Below the pieces are notes generated by a model, which was not told where the DNA came from, did not search any database, and saw nothing but the letters and a program-made list of their open reading frames with translations. 64,000 bases of DNA from an uncultured Candidatus Poseidoniales archaeon. GTDB lineage: Archaea; Thermoplasmatota; Poseidoniia; Poseidoniales; Thalassarchaeaceae. The DNA lies in the NCBI GenBank assembly GCA_964576865.1, contig CAZNVK010000002.1:9692-73691 (forward strand), given 5' to 3'. Shown piece after piece: positions 1 through 8,900 of the stretch (position 1 is its first letter; each line of letters begins with the position of its first letter). The position numbers and the translations under genes were made by a program.

Positions 1-221
1 GGAGATCTGTTCGGGCTATTTCTTCATGGTCGCAGTCGACGAGTCGATGCGACCGACCGAAGTCCCACAATTCACCCCATCAAACGATGAGGAACAGATG
101 CAATGGGACGCAGCGCAGCGCGCGCGAGACGCGATGAGATAATCCTGCAACTGCGAGGAAGACTGCCGCGCTCCGCTGAACCTCAAGTCTCAGAATATCG
201 CAGACTGAGTCCAGATATCGC

Positions 222-605
222 TCAAATGATATGAATCGTGAACGGGTATCTGTACTCCTGCCCAGCCTTGAGAGCCGAGGTAGCATTGATCGCCCAAATC
301 AGGTAGAGGACCCAGTGCACGGCGACGGTCAGACATCCGACCAGAATTATCATCAGAACTCCATGGATAATCGTCGCGATTGTGAAGGTTACCGAAGCGT
401 TCAGAGCGCCCTTCAGATGAGAGGCGAGTAGAGGATCTTCATTGCTAACCACATCAGCCTTAACAAGCCAGATTACCAAAGGCGCTAACCATCCTAAGAA
501 TGGAACCACAAGACAGACGACTGGCCCGAGAATGTGAGAGATCGTTCCGATGCTTCGATCGGGTGCAGGCTGGTTCAACCGAATGACTGGCGGCTTCTCA
601 TCCAT
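222..605 (-). CDS. small integral membrane protein (DUF4870-like topology)
   Basis: ORF 222..638 trimmed to ATG at 605 (MDEKPP). It has three hydrophobic helices (VVCLVVPFLGWLAPLVIWLV, TFTIATIIHGVLMIILVG, VHWVLYLIWAI). Confidence 0.45.
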   Translation of the reverse strand: MDEKPPVIRLNQPAPDRSIGTISHILGPVVCLVVPFLGWLAPLVIWLVKADVVSNEDPLLASHLKGALNASVTFTIATIIHGVLMIILVGCLTVAVHWVLYLIWAINATSALKAGQEYRYPFTIHII

Positions 606-671
606 GAGCCGTGGATACCTCCGTCTTCTTTGAACCAATTGCTCGAACCAGCCGCCGCAAGCGTCGCATTC

Positions 672-1691
672 ATGGCTGGTTCGCCGCCCGCGCGGTCCAT
701 GCCGGTGCTCAATATCGCCTACGTCGGGAGCGAAGACCTCGCGCGGTCGCTGGCAAAATCGAACGATGTGCGGGATATCGAGTCGTACGTGTACAAGGAA
801 ACCCGAGACGGCGAAACCTGCGTACTCTCACTTTTGCGCCCACTTCGTCACCCTGAGCGGTTGCGGCCGTTACTGTCCGTTCTGAATGTGGCTGAGGTCG
901 GCGTCGTCGAAGTCGGCGCCGTCGATGCCGCGCTTGGAGAGGTGCTCGTCGCCTTTGGTGCGGCTGGGATTTCACGCGGCATCGCGATCGTAAATGCGGT
1001 TGAAGGAGGATGGGTTGATCCGGACCAGGTCAAGATGATTCTGACTCAGGCTGGTCTGGGGTCGTGGGCGGTTCACGAAAGTCTGCCCGATGCCCACGAC
1101 TTGCGTGAGGAATTGTATTCCCACATGGATGCTGCTGGTTCGGGAGGCGAGGGTCAGAGCCTCGTGCTCCCTGTGGACCAGCATTTCAATGTCAAAGGGG
1201 TCGGCCTGGTTGCCATCGGCTATGTTCAGGCCGGGGCTGTGAACAAGCACGACGAGGCCCTGATTCTTCCTGCGAATGAGACCGGAGTCGTGCGTTCACT
1301 GCAGGTGATGGATGATGATGTCGAGACCGCCGTGGCCGGTGACCGTGTCGGTGTCGCCCTGCGCAATCTGCGCGAGGAAGCGCTGCACCGTGGATGCATG
1401 ATTGTGCATCCGGGAAGCGAGGCGCTGGTGCGTCACGAGAAGTCGCTTGTCCAGGTGAAGCCAGCGCCCTTCCAGAAGCGGACGATTTCGGTTGATGATG
1501 TGATTCACGCGGCCGTCGATTTGCAATTTGTAGTCGGCCGCGTAACCGCCGTCGACGGTGCGAAGATCAGTGTCGATTGGGAGAGCCCATTGTGGATTCG
1601 AGCAGAGGGCGCACCGTCGGTGCTCATCACTCAACTCGATGCCATGCCGATGCGCATCATGGGATGTGCCTCGAGCATCGAACAAGTCTGA
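672..1691 (+). CDS. EF-Tu/EF-1alpha-like protein with degenerate G domain
   Basis: ORF 534..1691 trimmed to ATG 672 (alternative 699). The EF-Tu domain-2-like segment is LPVDQHFNVKGVGLVAIGYVQAGAV..GDRVGVALRN. The P-loop position reads GSEDLARSLAKS, not GxxxxGKS/T. Confidence 0.5.
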   Translation: MAGSPPARSMPVLNIAYVGSEDLARSLAKSNDVRDIESYVYKETRDGETCVLSLLRPLRHPERLRPLLSVLNVAEVGVVEVGAVDAALGEVLVAFGAAGISRGIAIVNAVEGGWVDPDQVKMILTQAGLGSWAVHESLPDAHDLREELYSHMDAAGSGGEGQSLVLPVDQHFNVKGVGLVAIGYVQAGAVNKHDEALILPANETGVVRSLQVMDDDVETAVAGDRVGVALRNLREEALHRGCMIVHPGSEALVRHEKSLVQVKPAPFQKRTISVDDVIHAAVDLQFVVGRVTAVDGAKISVDWESPLWIRAEGAPSVLITQLDAMPMRIMGCASSIEQV

Positions 1692-1814
1692 ACCAATTGA
1701 TTGCACACCTCCTTCGGAGGTCGCGGCGTTTGTGGCTCGCGCGCGCAAGCGCCGCGCGAGGCCGCTCGGTTGCCCGAGCAGTTATAGCATCGAAGATGCG
1801 CTCGGCGGAGCGGG

Positions 1815-3668
1815 ATGTACTCAGCCGGGCGTAAGGCCCGACTGGATGAAGGAGAGTCGGAACTATTCGATGACCTGAGTCTAGTCGGCGTCAGTGGGAT
1901 GTTTTGCGGCGTTCTTTCCGAGCGTCAGCTAACGTTCGAGAATTGGCAGGGGCATGGAATTCGCATCAATCTCTCAAACATCTCTACACTTCGAAACATC
2001 AACCTCGCGAGGCTTCCAAATGGCTTCTTCACGATGGGGGCCCTCGGGGTTTGGGTGGGTGCAACCATCGTCACTCCACCACTAGGTTGGGGAATCGCTG
2101 GAGTTGGTGCACTCTCCGCCCTCGGTTACTTGACTCTCAAGACTCCTGTGCTCGCCATCGAAACCAATGCTGGTGACAAGCACTTGGTCAGCGGCTCTCA
2201 ATCCGAGCTGCTTCGGCTTTGCATGATGGTTGACCGAGTGATGCATGGAAGTTCGATCGAGGAGGCAAAGGCCGGATTGAAGGCGCTTGAGGAGGAGCGG
2301 GCGCGCCGGATGGCACCCGAGCCGAAGGCTCTGCTCGGTGCGCCCGATTCAATCTCGACCCCTGGCTTAGACCTGTTTGAGGCGGAACCGGTTACTCAGG
2401 TGTTTGCCTCTGTGAGTGCCAGTCCCGCCGCCGCGGCGATTGCGACTGAAGCAGCGGCTCGTATCGCACCGTCGACTACGGTCAGCTCTGTTTCTGCGAT
2501 TGGCGAGGGCGGCATGGTCGCCGCCCTCGAAGCCCACGAACCGCCGAGTTACAACATTCCACCGCCGGTTCGGGCACCTTCCGAACCCGTCGACAATCGC
2601 TCGGCATACGAGAGGGCTTGGGGTCGGGAGGAATCACCCTCGTGGTATCAGGAGAAGGATGGATTGGCTACCAGCGAGAGCCGAATGGATGAGGCCGCAT
2701 CCGATGCCTTGGGTTCTCTGGATCTCTTCCAAGACGGAGGGATCTTCGACGCTCCTGCTGCTTCTCCGGCAACTCCCTCATCACCGACCTACGGCGGGAC
2801 GACTTCGCGCAGCGAATCAGATATGATGGCTGACTTCTCATTATTCGACGATGATTTCGGCGCGACAGATTCGACTCCATCTTACTCGCGTCCAAGTGTG
2901 AATAACGCGCCGACTACCTACTCGCCACCGAGTTCGTATTCGTCTCCTACTTCGACCCCCGCGGTTGCGACCCCTACCCGGCCGGCGTCGAGTTCCCAGA
3001 TGATTCGCGCCGCCCGCTCTCGCCATGGTACACCGCCTACTGCAGCGAATAGTGGATGGGGATTGCCCTCACCGACCGAAGCGGCGGTGCGGGATGAGTG
3101 CAGGCCAGGGTTGGTTAAGACTGCAAAGGCGCACACTGCGTGGCAGTCTGAGACGCAGACTCGCGCGCTGCAAACGCGCGCGAGCGAGGCGGCGGTGGCC
3201 GAGTCCGAGCGCTTCGAGGATGAGTTCCCAGCCGTCTCCAGATTGGCGACGAGCATGAATAGCGGTCGGGTGCGAAATTCGGGGGGCCGACCGAAGAAGC
3301 AGAATTGGCTAGCCTCTCTGCTCGGACCCCCAACCAGCGAGCGCCAGCAAGGGTACGCCGAGGTCTACGGCGATGCCGATGGCTCGGCACATCATGGAGA
3401 TGCCAGTTTCCGTTCAAGCCAACTCCTCCGCCTGCGTTCGGACCAAGACCATCAGGCGGAGATGGTCGGCCGGATGCGGCAAGTCAGTACGGCGCCAGCC
3501 CCCTCCTCAGCTCGAGACGCGCTCGACAATGTGGTGAGCCGCGTCTCGCGCGGCGAGGAAAGAGCACCACGAGCACTCGCCGAATCGAACGAATTACGAT
3601 TCTCACAATTGCGACCCACCACCCAGAAGGGTGATGGTCGACTACCGGGCATTCGTCAGCTCGACTGA
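1815..3668 (+). CDS. membrane-associated protein with long Ser/Pro/Thr/Ala-rich disordered tail
   Basis: 617-aa ORF. The N-terminal ~150 aa has two hydrophobic helices (GALGVWVGATIV, GWGIAGVGALSALGYL). The rest is low complexity (PSSPTYGGTTS, PSSYSSPTSTPAVATPTRP). Confidence 0.5.
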   Translation: MYSAGRKARLDEGESELFDDLSLVGVSGMFCGVLSERQLTFENWQGHGIRINLSNISTLRNINLARLPNGFFTMGALGVWVGATIVTPPLGWGIAGVGALSALGYLTLKTPVLAIETNAGDKHLVSGSQSELLRLCMMVDRVMHGSSIEEAKAGLKALEEERARRMAPEPKALLGAPDSISTPGLDLFEAEPVTQVFASVSASPAAAAIATEAAARIAPSTTVSSVSAIGEGGMVAALEAHEPPSYNIPPPVRAPSEPVDNRSAYERAWGREESPSWYQEKDGLATSESRMDEAASDALGSLDLFQDGGIFDAPAASPATPSSPTYGGTTSRSESDMMADFSLFDDDFGATDSTPSYSRPSVNNAPTTYSPPSSYSSPTSTPAVATPTRPASSSQMIRAARSRHGTPPTAANSGWGLPSPTEAAVRDECRPGLVKTAKAHTAWQSETQTRALQTRASEAAVAESERFEDEFPAVSRLATSMNSGRVRNSGGRPKKQNWLASLLGPPTSERQQGYAEVYGDADGSAHHGDASFRSSQLLRLRSDQDHQAEMVGRMRQVSTAPAPSSARDALDNVVSRVSRGEERAPRALAESNELRFSQLRPTTQKGDGRLPGIRQLD

Positions 3669-3705
3669 ATCGACCTGAACCACCGAGGGCTCAAGAGTGG
3701 TCAAA

Positions 3706-4671
3706 TCACGTGAGCCCGACAATGCGTCGATATCTGTCCACGCGTGCGTGGTAGATTCCGCGATCGACCGAGCCGATACCCGTGATTCCGATGCCACCGA
3801 GGGTGAATGAGGAAGTCACGGTAGCATGAACCAGAGCGTTCCGCATCGCCTCCAAGTCATTGAGGACGCCCTTACGACCGATCAGATAGGCGAGGAGTGA
3901 GCCAGCGAAGGAATCGCCGCATCCAGTCGGGTCAACTATCTTGTCCGTGGGATATGCGGGCAAAGCCAAAGCACCACCCGGCAACATCGCCAGAACCCCG
4001 CCACTGCCGCGCTTGACGATGATGCACCTCGGTCCCGGACCGGCTCCCACACCACCGTGCAAAGCCTCACCGGACATTATCGACTTCATCGCCCGCGGAA
4101 GAATCTCATCCCCAGCAATCGCGCATGCCTCCTGCTCATTGATGACCACGATGTCGACCTTGCGCATCGCCTCGCTCAATGTCTCGAATTCGCTCTCAAT
4201 CCACAACATGAACGTGTCCAGAACGGTCAACTGTGCCCCTGGACATTGATCGAGCACGGCAACCTGCGTAGCAGGGTGCGTGCTCGCACAGAACAGAATC
4301 TCAGGGTCAACCCAGACATCGGGTAGTACCGGTTTGAAATCGGCTAGAACATTCACTTCGGTCGCCAGAGTCTCAACCGACTCCATCGCCCCTTCGTACC
4401 GACCAGACCAACGGAATGTGTCACCCTCGGCCCGAACAACTCCAGCCAGATTCAGCCCAGCCTTCTCAAGTACCATCTGGTCGTAGACGGCGAAATCATC
4501 GCCAACCACCCCGACAAGACCGACCCGAGTCGGTTCTGCATCCATCGTGCGCAGGTGGAATGAGGCCGCCAGCCCGGAATAGACCGCAGCCCCACCGAGC
4601 AGGTCAGAACCGCTCGCCTCTGGAGTCTGGATATCATCGTAGCCAATCGAGCCGACGATCACCATATCCAT
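3706..4671 (-). CDS. PfkB-family carbohydrate kinase (ribokinase-like)
   Basis: Has the C-terminal PfkB signature DPTGCGDSFAG and the N-terminal GSIGYD..GGAA pattern. ATG at 4671. Confidence 0.8.
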   Translation of the reverse strand: MDMVIVGSIGYDDIQTPEASGSDLLGGAAVYSGLAASFHLRTMDAEPTRVGLVGVVGDDFAVYDQMVLEKAGLNLAGVVRAEGDTFRWSGRYEGAMESVETLATEVNVLADFKPVLPDVWVDPEILFCASTHPATQVAVLDQCPGAQLTVLDTFMLWIESEFETLSEAMRKVDIVVINEQEACAIAGDEILPRAMKSIMSGEALHGGVGAGPGPRCIIVKRGSGGVLAMLPGGALALPAYPTDKIVDPTGCGDSFAGSLLAYLIGRKGVLNDLEAMRNALVHATVTSSFTLGGIGITGIGSVDRGIYHARVDRYRRIVGLT

Positions 4672-4680
4672 TCTCTCACC

Positions 4681-6018
4681 TCACTTCAACAGATCCGGGT
4701 GCTCCTCGAGATAGCGAATCGTGACTTCTCGATTGCGGAAATCTTCCTCCGAAAGGATGGCCCGGTGCAGAGGTATCAAGGTCTCGACCCCCAGAATCAT
4801 CGTCTCGCCCAGAGCTGCGTCAAGGCGTCTGACTGCCTCTTCGCGATCGCGGCCCCAGACGATCAATTTGGCTAACAGTGAGTCGAATGATGGCGGCATA
4901 TCGTAACCCGTGTGAGCGTGCGTGTCGACCCTAACCCCAGGTCCCGCAGGCCAATGGCACTCCCACAACCTCCCGGGTGATGGCTCGAGAGTTCGTGGGT
5001 TCTCCGCGTTGAGTCTTGCTTGGATGGCATGGCCCGAGATTTCAATGTCTGACTGGGCCACCGGTAGGCTCTCGCCTGCCGCGACTCTGATGCCCAGCGA
5101 TACGAGGTCGTAACCGGTGATCATCTCGGTCACCGTGTGTTCGACTTGGACGCGTGGGTTGACTTCGAGGAAGTAGAATTCGCCGTGGGCATCGCGCAGG
5201 AATTCGAATGTGGCGAGTCCCTTGTAGCCTACCGCCTTGGCGCCAGCGACAACCTTCGCTCCGATTTCTGCGCGGACCTCTTCTGAGAGCCACGGTCCCT
5301 CCTCGAGGATTTTCTGGTGGCGGCGTTGGATGGAGCAGAATCTCTCGCCGAAGTGGACTGCGTCCGTGCCGTCGCCTAGGACTTGGAATTCGACGTGTTG
5401 GGCGCCCTCGATGAATTTCTCTAGGAAGACTCGGTCGTCGCCGAATGCTGAGAGGGCGCGGCCTTGGCAGAGGTTGAGGGCTGACTCGAATTCGTCGGCT
5501 GATTCGACGACCTGCATGCCGATTCCGCCTCCTCCTGCTGCTGCTTTAATGATGACAGGGAAGCCGATATCGTCGGCGATTGCAGAGGCTTCGGAGGGAT
5601 CGGAGATTGGACCTGGTGAGCCCTTCGCGATTGGGAGTCCAGCGCGGGACATCGATTCGCGAGCGGTGATTTTGTCGCCTAGGACCCGTAGGACTTCGGG
5701 GCTTGGGCCGATGAAGGTGATGCCCTCTTCGGCTAGGCGGTCGGCGAAGATGGGATTCTCTGCGAGGAAGCCGTATCCAGGGTGAACTGCGTCCGCGCCG
5801 ACCTCTTTTGCGGCAGCGATGATGGCCTCGATATCCAGGTAGGATGCCAGTGGGTCGTTGCGGTTGATGAATACCGCTTCATCGGCGAGACGCACGGGCG
5901 TTGTGAGCCTGTCTTCCCGCCCGTGAATCATCACAGCCTCGATGCCGAGGCTGCGCAGCGACCGCAGGATCCTCAGGGCGATTTCTCCCCGATTGGCAAT
6001 CAGCACTCGCCTGAACAT
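4681..6018 (-). CDS. accC: biotin carboxylase (acetyl/propionyl-CoA carboxylase ATP-grasp subunit)
   Basis: MFRRVLIANRGEIALRILR.., HPGYGFLAEN, ATP-grasp core, EVNPRVQVEH. Start trimmed to ATG 6018. No BCCP or carboxyltransferase gene is adjacent. Confidence 0.85.
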   Translation of the reverse strand: MFRRVLIANRGEIALRILRSLRSLGIEAVMIHGREDRLTTPVRLADEAVFINRNDPLASYLDIEAIIAAAKEVGADAVHPGYGFLAENPIFADRLAEEGITFIGPSPEVLRVLGDKITARESMSRAGLPIAKGSPGPISDPSEASAIADDIGFPVIIKAAAGGGGIGMQVVESADEFESALNLCQGRALSAFGDDRVFLEKFIEGAQHVEFQVLGDGTDAVHFGERFCSIQRRHQKILEEGPWLSEEVRAEIGAKVVAGAKAVGYKGLATFEFLRDAHGEFYFLEVNPRVQVEHTVTEMITGYDLVSLGIRVAAGESLPVAQSDIEISGHAIQARLNAENPRTLEPSPGRLWECHWPAGPGVRVDTHAHTGYDMPPSFDSLLAKLIVWGRDREEAVRRLDAALGETMILGVETLIPLHRAILSEEDFRNREVTIRYLEEHPDLLK

Positions 6019-6229
6019 CACCCTTTGGGTGATGCACCCCATCTATCATCCCATCGTGAGAAGACCTCTCGCAGAGTTCGCCGTGGTCGCAGAGGCAGAG
6101 CACACCGCGCGCCCAACCACCGGCCAAGTTGCAGATGCCGTAATTGGAAACCTTGCTCTTACTGAGAATTCAAGCGAATACCGTGACGCCGAGGGTCTGA
6201 CCATTCACTAAGCGAAATTGATGAAAATC

Positions 6230-6279
6230 AGTCGCGAAGCGACTCTGGATGAGCGCAGTCTCGCTCTCGAGAGCGAGAC
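6230..6279 (-). terminator. two stem-loops downstream of the FAD/NADPH reductase gene
   Basis: A perfect 22-bp palindrome GTCTCGCTCTCGAGAGCGAGAC lies at 6258..6279. A hairpin AGTCGC-GAA-GCGACT lies at 6230..6245. A T-rich run follows on the minus strand. Confidence 0.5.
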
Positions 6280-6298
6280 ACATCAGACCTGAGGCGGA

Positions 6299-7576
6299 TC
6301 AATAGACATCTCGGAGGTATCGCTTGTCGGTCTTCATCATCCCGACCTCGACGAATTGCTTGGCCTCGTCGGCGCTCATTCCACCGTGCTCCTCACAGAT
6401 GTCCATGAGCGTCTGATGGACGTCCTTGGCCATGCGCGACTTGTCGCCGCAGACGTAGAAGTAAGCGCCGCCGTCGATCCAGTTCCAGATCTCCTCGCCG
6501 TGCTTGCGCATCAAGTGCTGCACGTACACCTTCTCGGCGCCGTCTCGGCTCCAAGCGAGGTCGTGGCGGTCGAGGACTCCGCGCTCCTTCCAATCATCCA
6601 TCTCATCGCGGTAGTAGTACTCGCCCGCCTCGGTCCAGTCACCGAAGAAGAGCCAATTGCGACCCTTGTCGCCATTGATGTCACGCTGCTGAAGGTAGGC
6701 TCGGAATGGTGCGATTCCAGTGCCTGGACCGACCATGATGCAATCCGTGTCGCCGTCTTCAGGCAGAATGAATGATCGGGTCGGCGACATGAAGACGCCA
6801 ATCTCCGTATCGTTCACCCCGCAGCGGTCGGACATGAATCCGGTGCAAAGCCCCGTTCGGTCACGACCGTGGTGCGAATAGCGCACGATTCCGACAGTCA
6901 GGTGAACGGTGCCCGGCTCATGCTCTGGGCTGCTGGCGATGGAGTAGAGGCGAGGCTTGAGCCGGTCCATTCCATCGACGAGTTGTTGGGCGGTAAATCC
7001 GATGTGGCCGAAGTCGCCGAGCGCATCGATGTAATCTCGCGACCACATGTAATCCTCCATGGAGTCCGCGTCGCCGGTCAAATCGCGCCAAAGCGCCTCG
7101 GCCGGATCGCAAGCCGCACCGATCTCCGCATACCCTTCGGGAACATCCTCGCCTTCTCCCGAGCCAGACCAATCGACCAACAATGCGCCGTCAGCCGTCG
7201 AGACGCGCTGCCGGCGAGAAATCCGAATCTCAATCGGCGAATCGCCGGAGAGCCGGTTGCCGAGGTTCTCGATCCACTTCTTCGAGACTCGATGGATCTC
7301 CAAGTGGTCGGTCAGCGCCTCCCTCAGCGTGGCAGCGCCGAGGTGAGTCTCGACCGTCTCGTCACCCGAGAAGTTAGCAGCTGCCAACAGATCATCGACG
7401 AGTGCTGGGGGACAGCGTGGGATGACGCCTAAGGCATCTCCAGCCTTGTAGGTCAGTCCCGAGTCACCCAAGTCGAAGACGATGTGGCGGGTTTCCTTGC
7501 CCGAACCCTCACCGTTGAGAACGAAATTCTCGGTCAGCTTCGAGGCGTACGGATTCTTCGCACTCCAATCGGACAT
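6299..7576 (-). CDS. CysJ/FNR-like FAD- and NADPH-binding oxidoreductase (no flavodoxin domain)
   Basis: ORF 6299..7945 trimmed to ATG 7576 (MSDWSAKNPY). Motifs are RLYSIASSP, GPGTGIAPFRAY and YVCGD..MAKDV, ending in ..LRDVY as in the diflavin reductase C-terminal half. Confidence 0.75.
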   Translation of the reverse strand: MSDWSAKNPYASKLTENFVLNGEGSGKETRHIVFDLGDSGLTYKAGDALGVIPRCPPALVDDLLAAANFSGDETVETHLGAATLREALTDHLEIHRVSKKWIENLGNRLSGDSPIEIRISRRQRVSTADGALLVDWSGSGEGEDVPEGYAEIGAACDPAEALWRDLTGDADSMEDYMWSRDYIDALGDFGHIGFTAQQLVDGMDRLKPRLYSIASSPEHEPGTVHLTVGIVRYSHHGRDRTGLCTGFMSDRCGVNDTEIGVFMSPTRSFILPEDGDTDCIMVGPGTGIAPFRAYLQQRDINGDKGRNWLFFGDWTEAGEYYYRDEMDDWKERGVLDRHDLAWSRDGAEKVYVQHLMRKHGEEIWNWIDGGAYFYVCGDKSRMAKDVHQTLMDICEEHGGMSADEAKQFVEVGMMKTDKRYLRDVY

Positions 7577-7709
7577 AGCGCCACCAGCGGCCCATCGACC
7601 GGACCTCCGTTTATGAAAGAAGGGGGAGGGGGTGCGCCCGCGTAGCGGGCGTGAAAGTGAAAGTGAACGACCCGAACGACTCAAGTCATGATGGCTGCAT
7701 CCGCAGGTC

Positions 7710-8498
7710 GTGCCGCGCGTGCAGTTCCTCGGGACGGGCAATGCCCACTCTCCTTCGGGTCGGATGCACGCGCTGGCTTGTCTCGATGGCAAGATTCTGG
7801 TAGACGCGCCGCCAACACTGATGCCACAACTACGGCGCGCCGGCATCGATCCGGGTGATATCGAGCATCTGCTGTTCACCCATTGGCATGCCGACCACAT
7901 GTTTGGCTTCCCATTCCTGATGCTCGAGCGCAAATATGTCACCACACCTGAGACTCCACTCTCGGTTCATTGCAGGCCGGGCGGAGCAGAGATTCTGACA
8001 GGCCTGTGCGAGACAGGTTTCCCCGGAAGTCTGCTTGAATTCATCGAGGGTGACGTGGATTGGGACGAGGCGGAGAGCGGCACCCTCGAGGCGACGGGGT
8101 GGAACTACGAGAGATTCCCCGTCAGCCACGTCCCCGCAACCAATCCGCATGGTTACCTTTTGACTCACGAGAGTGGTTTCAGCCTCTTGCACTGCGGGGA
8201 CTCCGGCCCGTGCGAAGGCATCGAATCACGAGCCGCACGGGCTGACGCCATCCTCGTCGAAATGGGCGTTCCCAATTTCGTCAACAGCCCACATCACCAC
8301 ACTCCTAACCAAGTAATCGCCCTGGCCAAGCGCCATCCAAATGCGATGATTCTAGTGACTCACACCTTCGCCGATGGCGAGGAGGGGAGTGGGGGATTCG
8401 CCAAGCCGGAACTCGGTGGGAACATCGTCCAACTCGAGGATGGAGATGAACTCTCCATTACAGAAAATGGAGAGTTTTCTTTGTTAAAAATTGATTAG
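7710..8498 (+). CDS. MBL-fold metallo-hydrolase
   Basis: GTG start. VQFLGTGNA.. N-terminus and HxHxDH motif (THWHADH). Confidence 0.7.
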   Translation: MPRVQFLGTGNAHSPSGRMHALACLDGKILVDAPPTLMPQLRRAGIDPGDIEHLLFTHWHADHMFGFPFLMLERKYVTTPETPLSVHCRPGGAEILTGLCETGFPGSLLEFIEGDVDWDEAESGTLEATGWNYERFPVSHVPATNPHGYLLTHESGFSLLHCGDSGPCEGIESRAARADAILVEMGVPNFVNSPHHHTPNQVIALAKRHPNAMILVTHTFADGEEGSGGFAKPELGGNIVQLEDGDELSITENGEFSLLKID

Positions 8499-8639
8499 AA
8501 AATATAACTTCTATAAATAAGAAGAGGTTCAATATCGGCTTCCAATCAATCGTTCAACTTCGATATTGGGCACGAATCGGGCGGTCCGGACCTGTCCGAT
8601 CCGCCCGTCCCGGCCGCACCTCGGCCAGACCCACAGCGC

Positions 8640-8730
8640 GGCCGGTGAAAAAATTAAACCAGAGTAAAATTGATTTTCGGAAACCGATGTGCTGAATTGT
8701 TATTATCTCCGGTTTCCGACATCGATCAAC
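8640..8730. other. candidate origin core upstream of orc1/cdc6: AT-rich stretch with an inverted GGAAAC-containing 10-mer pair
   Basis: TCGGAAACCG (8677..8686) and CGGTTTCCGA (8710..8719) flank a 23-bp AT-rich spacer. Further AT-rich runs lie at 8481..8525 and 8646..8675. The site is directly upstream of orc1/cdc6. Confidence 0.35.
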
Positions 8731-8900
8731 CTCAATCAATATGTATCACAGAAGATTGTGAATCATCCCATCTTTCAACATGAGTCCGGGAACTTTCATT
8801 ACCTCGAACGCCTTCGTGGGGAATCCGCGTTCGCCGCCGATGACTCAGAGACATCGATGAGGTAGTGGGCATGGATTGGGCAACGGTTGTGTGATAAGAA

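Noticed and set aside
80-286. A 68-aa minus-strand ORF at the window start
   Set aside because: It overlaps the 3' end of the membrane-protein gene (222..605), is Arg/Leu/Ser-rich, and has no support.
7577-7945. The 123-codon N-terminal extension of the CysJ-like ORF
   Set aside because: The extension is Arg/Ser/Cys-rich and overlaps the MBL-hydrolase gene start region. Homology-like sequence begins at MSDWSAKNPY (ATG 7576).
8499-8900. Canonical full-length ORB elements (core plus G-string) next to orc1/cdc6
   Set aside because: Only GGAAAC-containing 10-mers are present. I could not find the extended ORB with a 3' G-run, so the origin call stays tentative.
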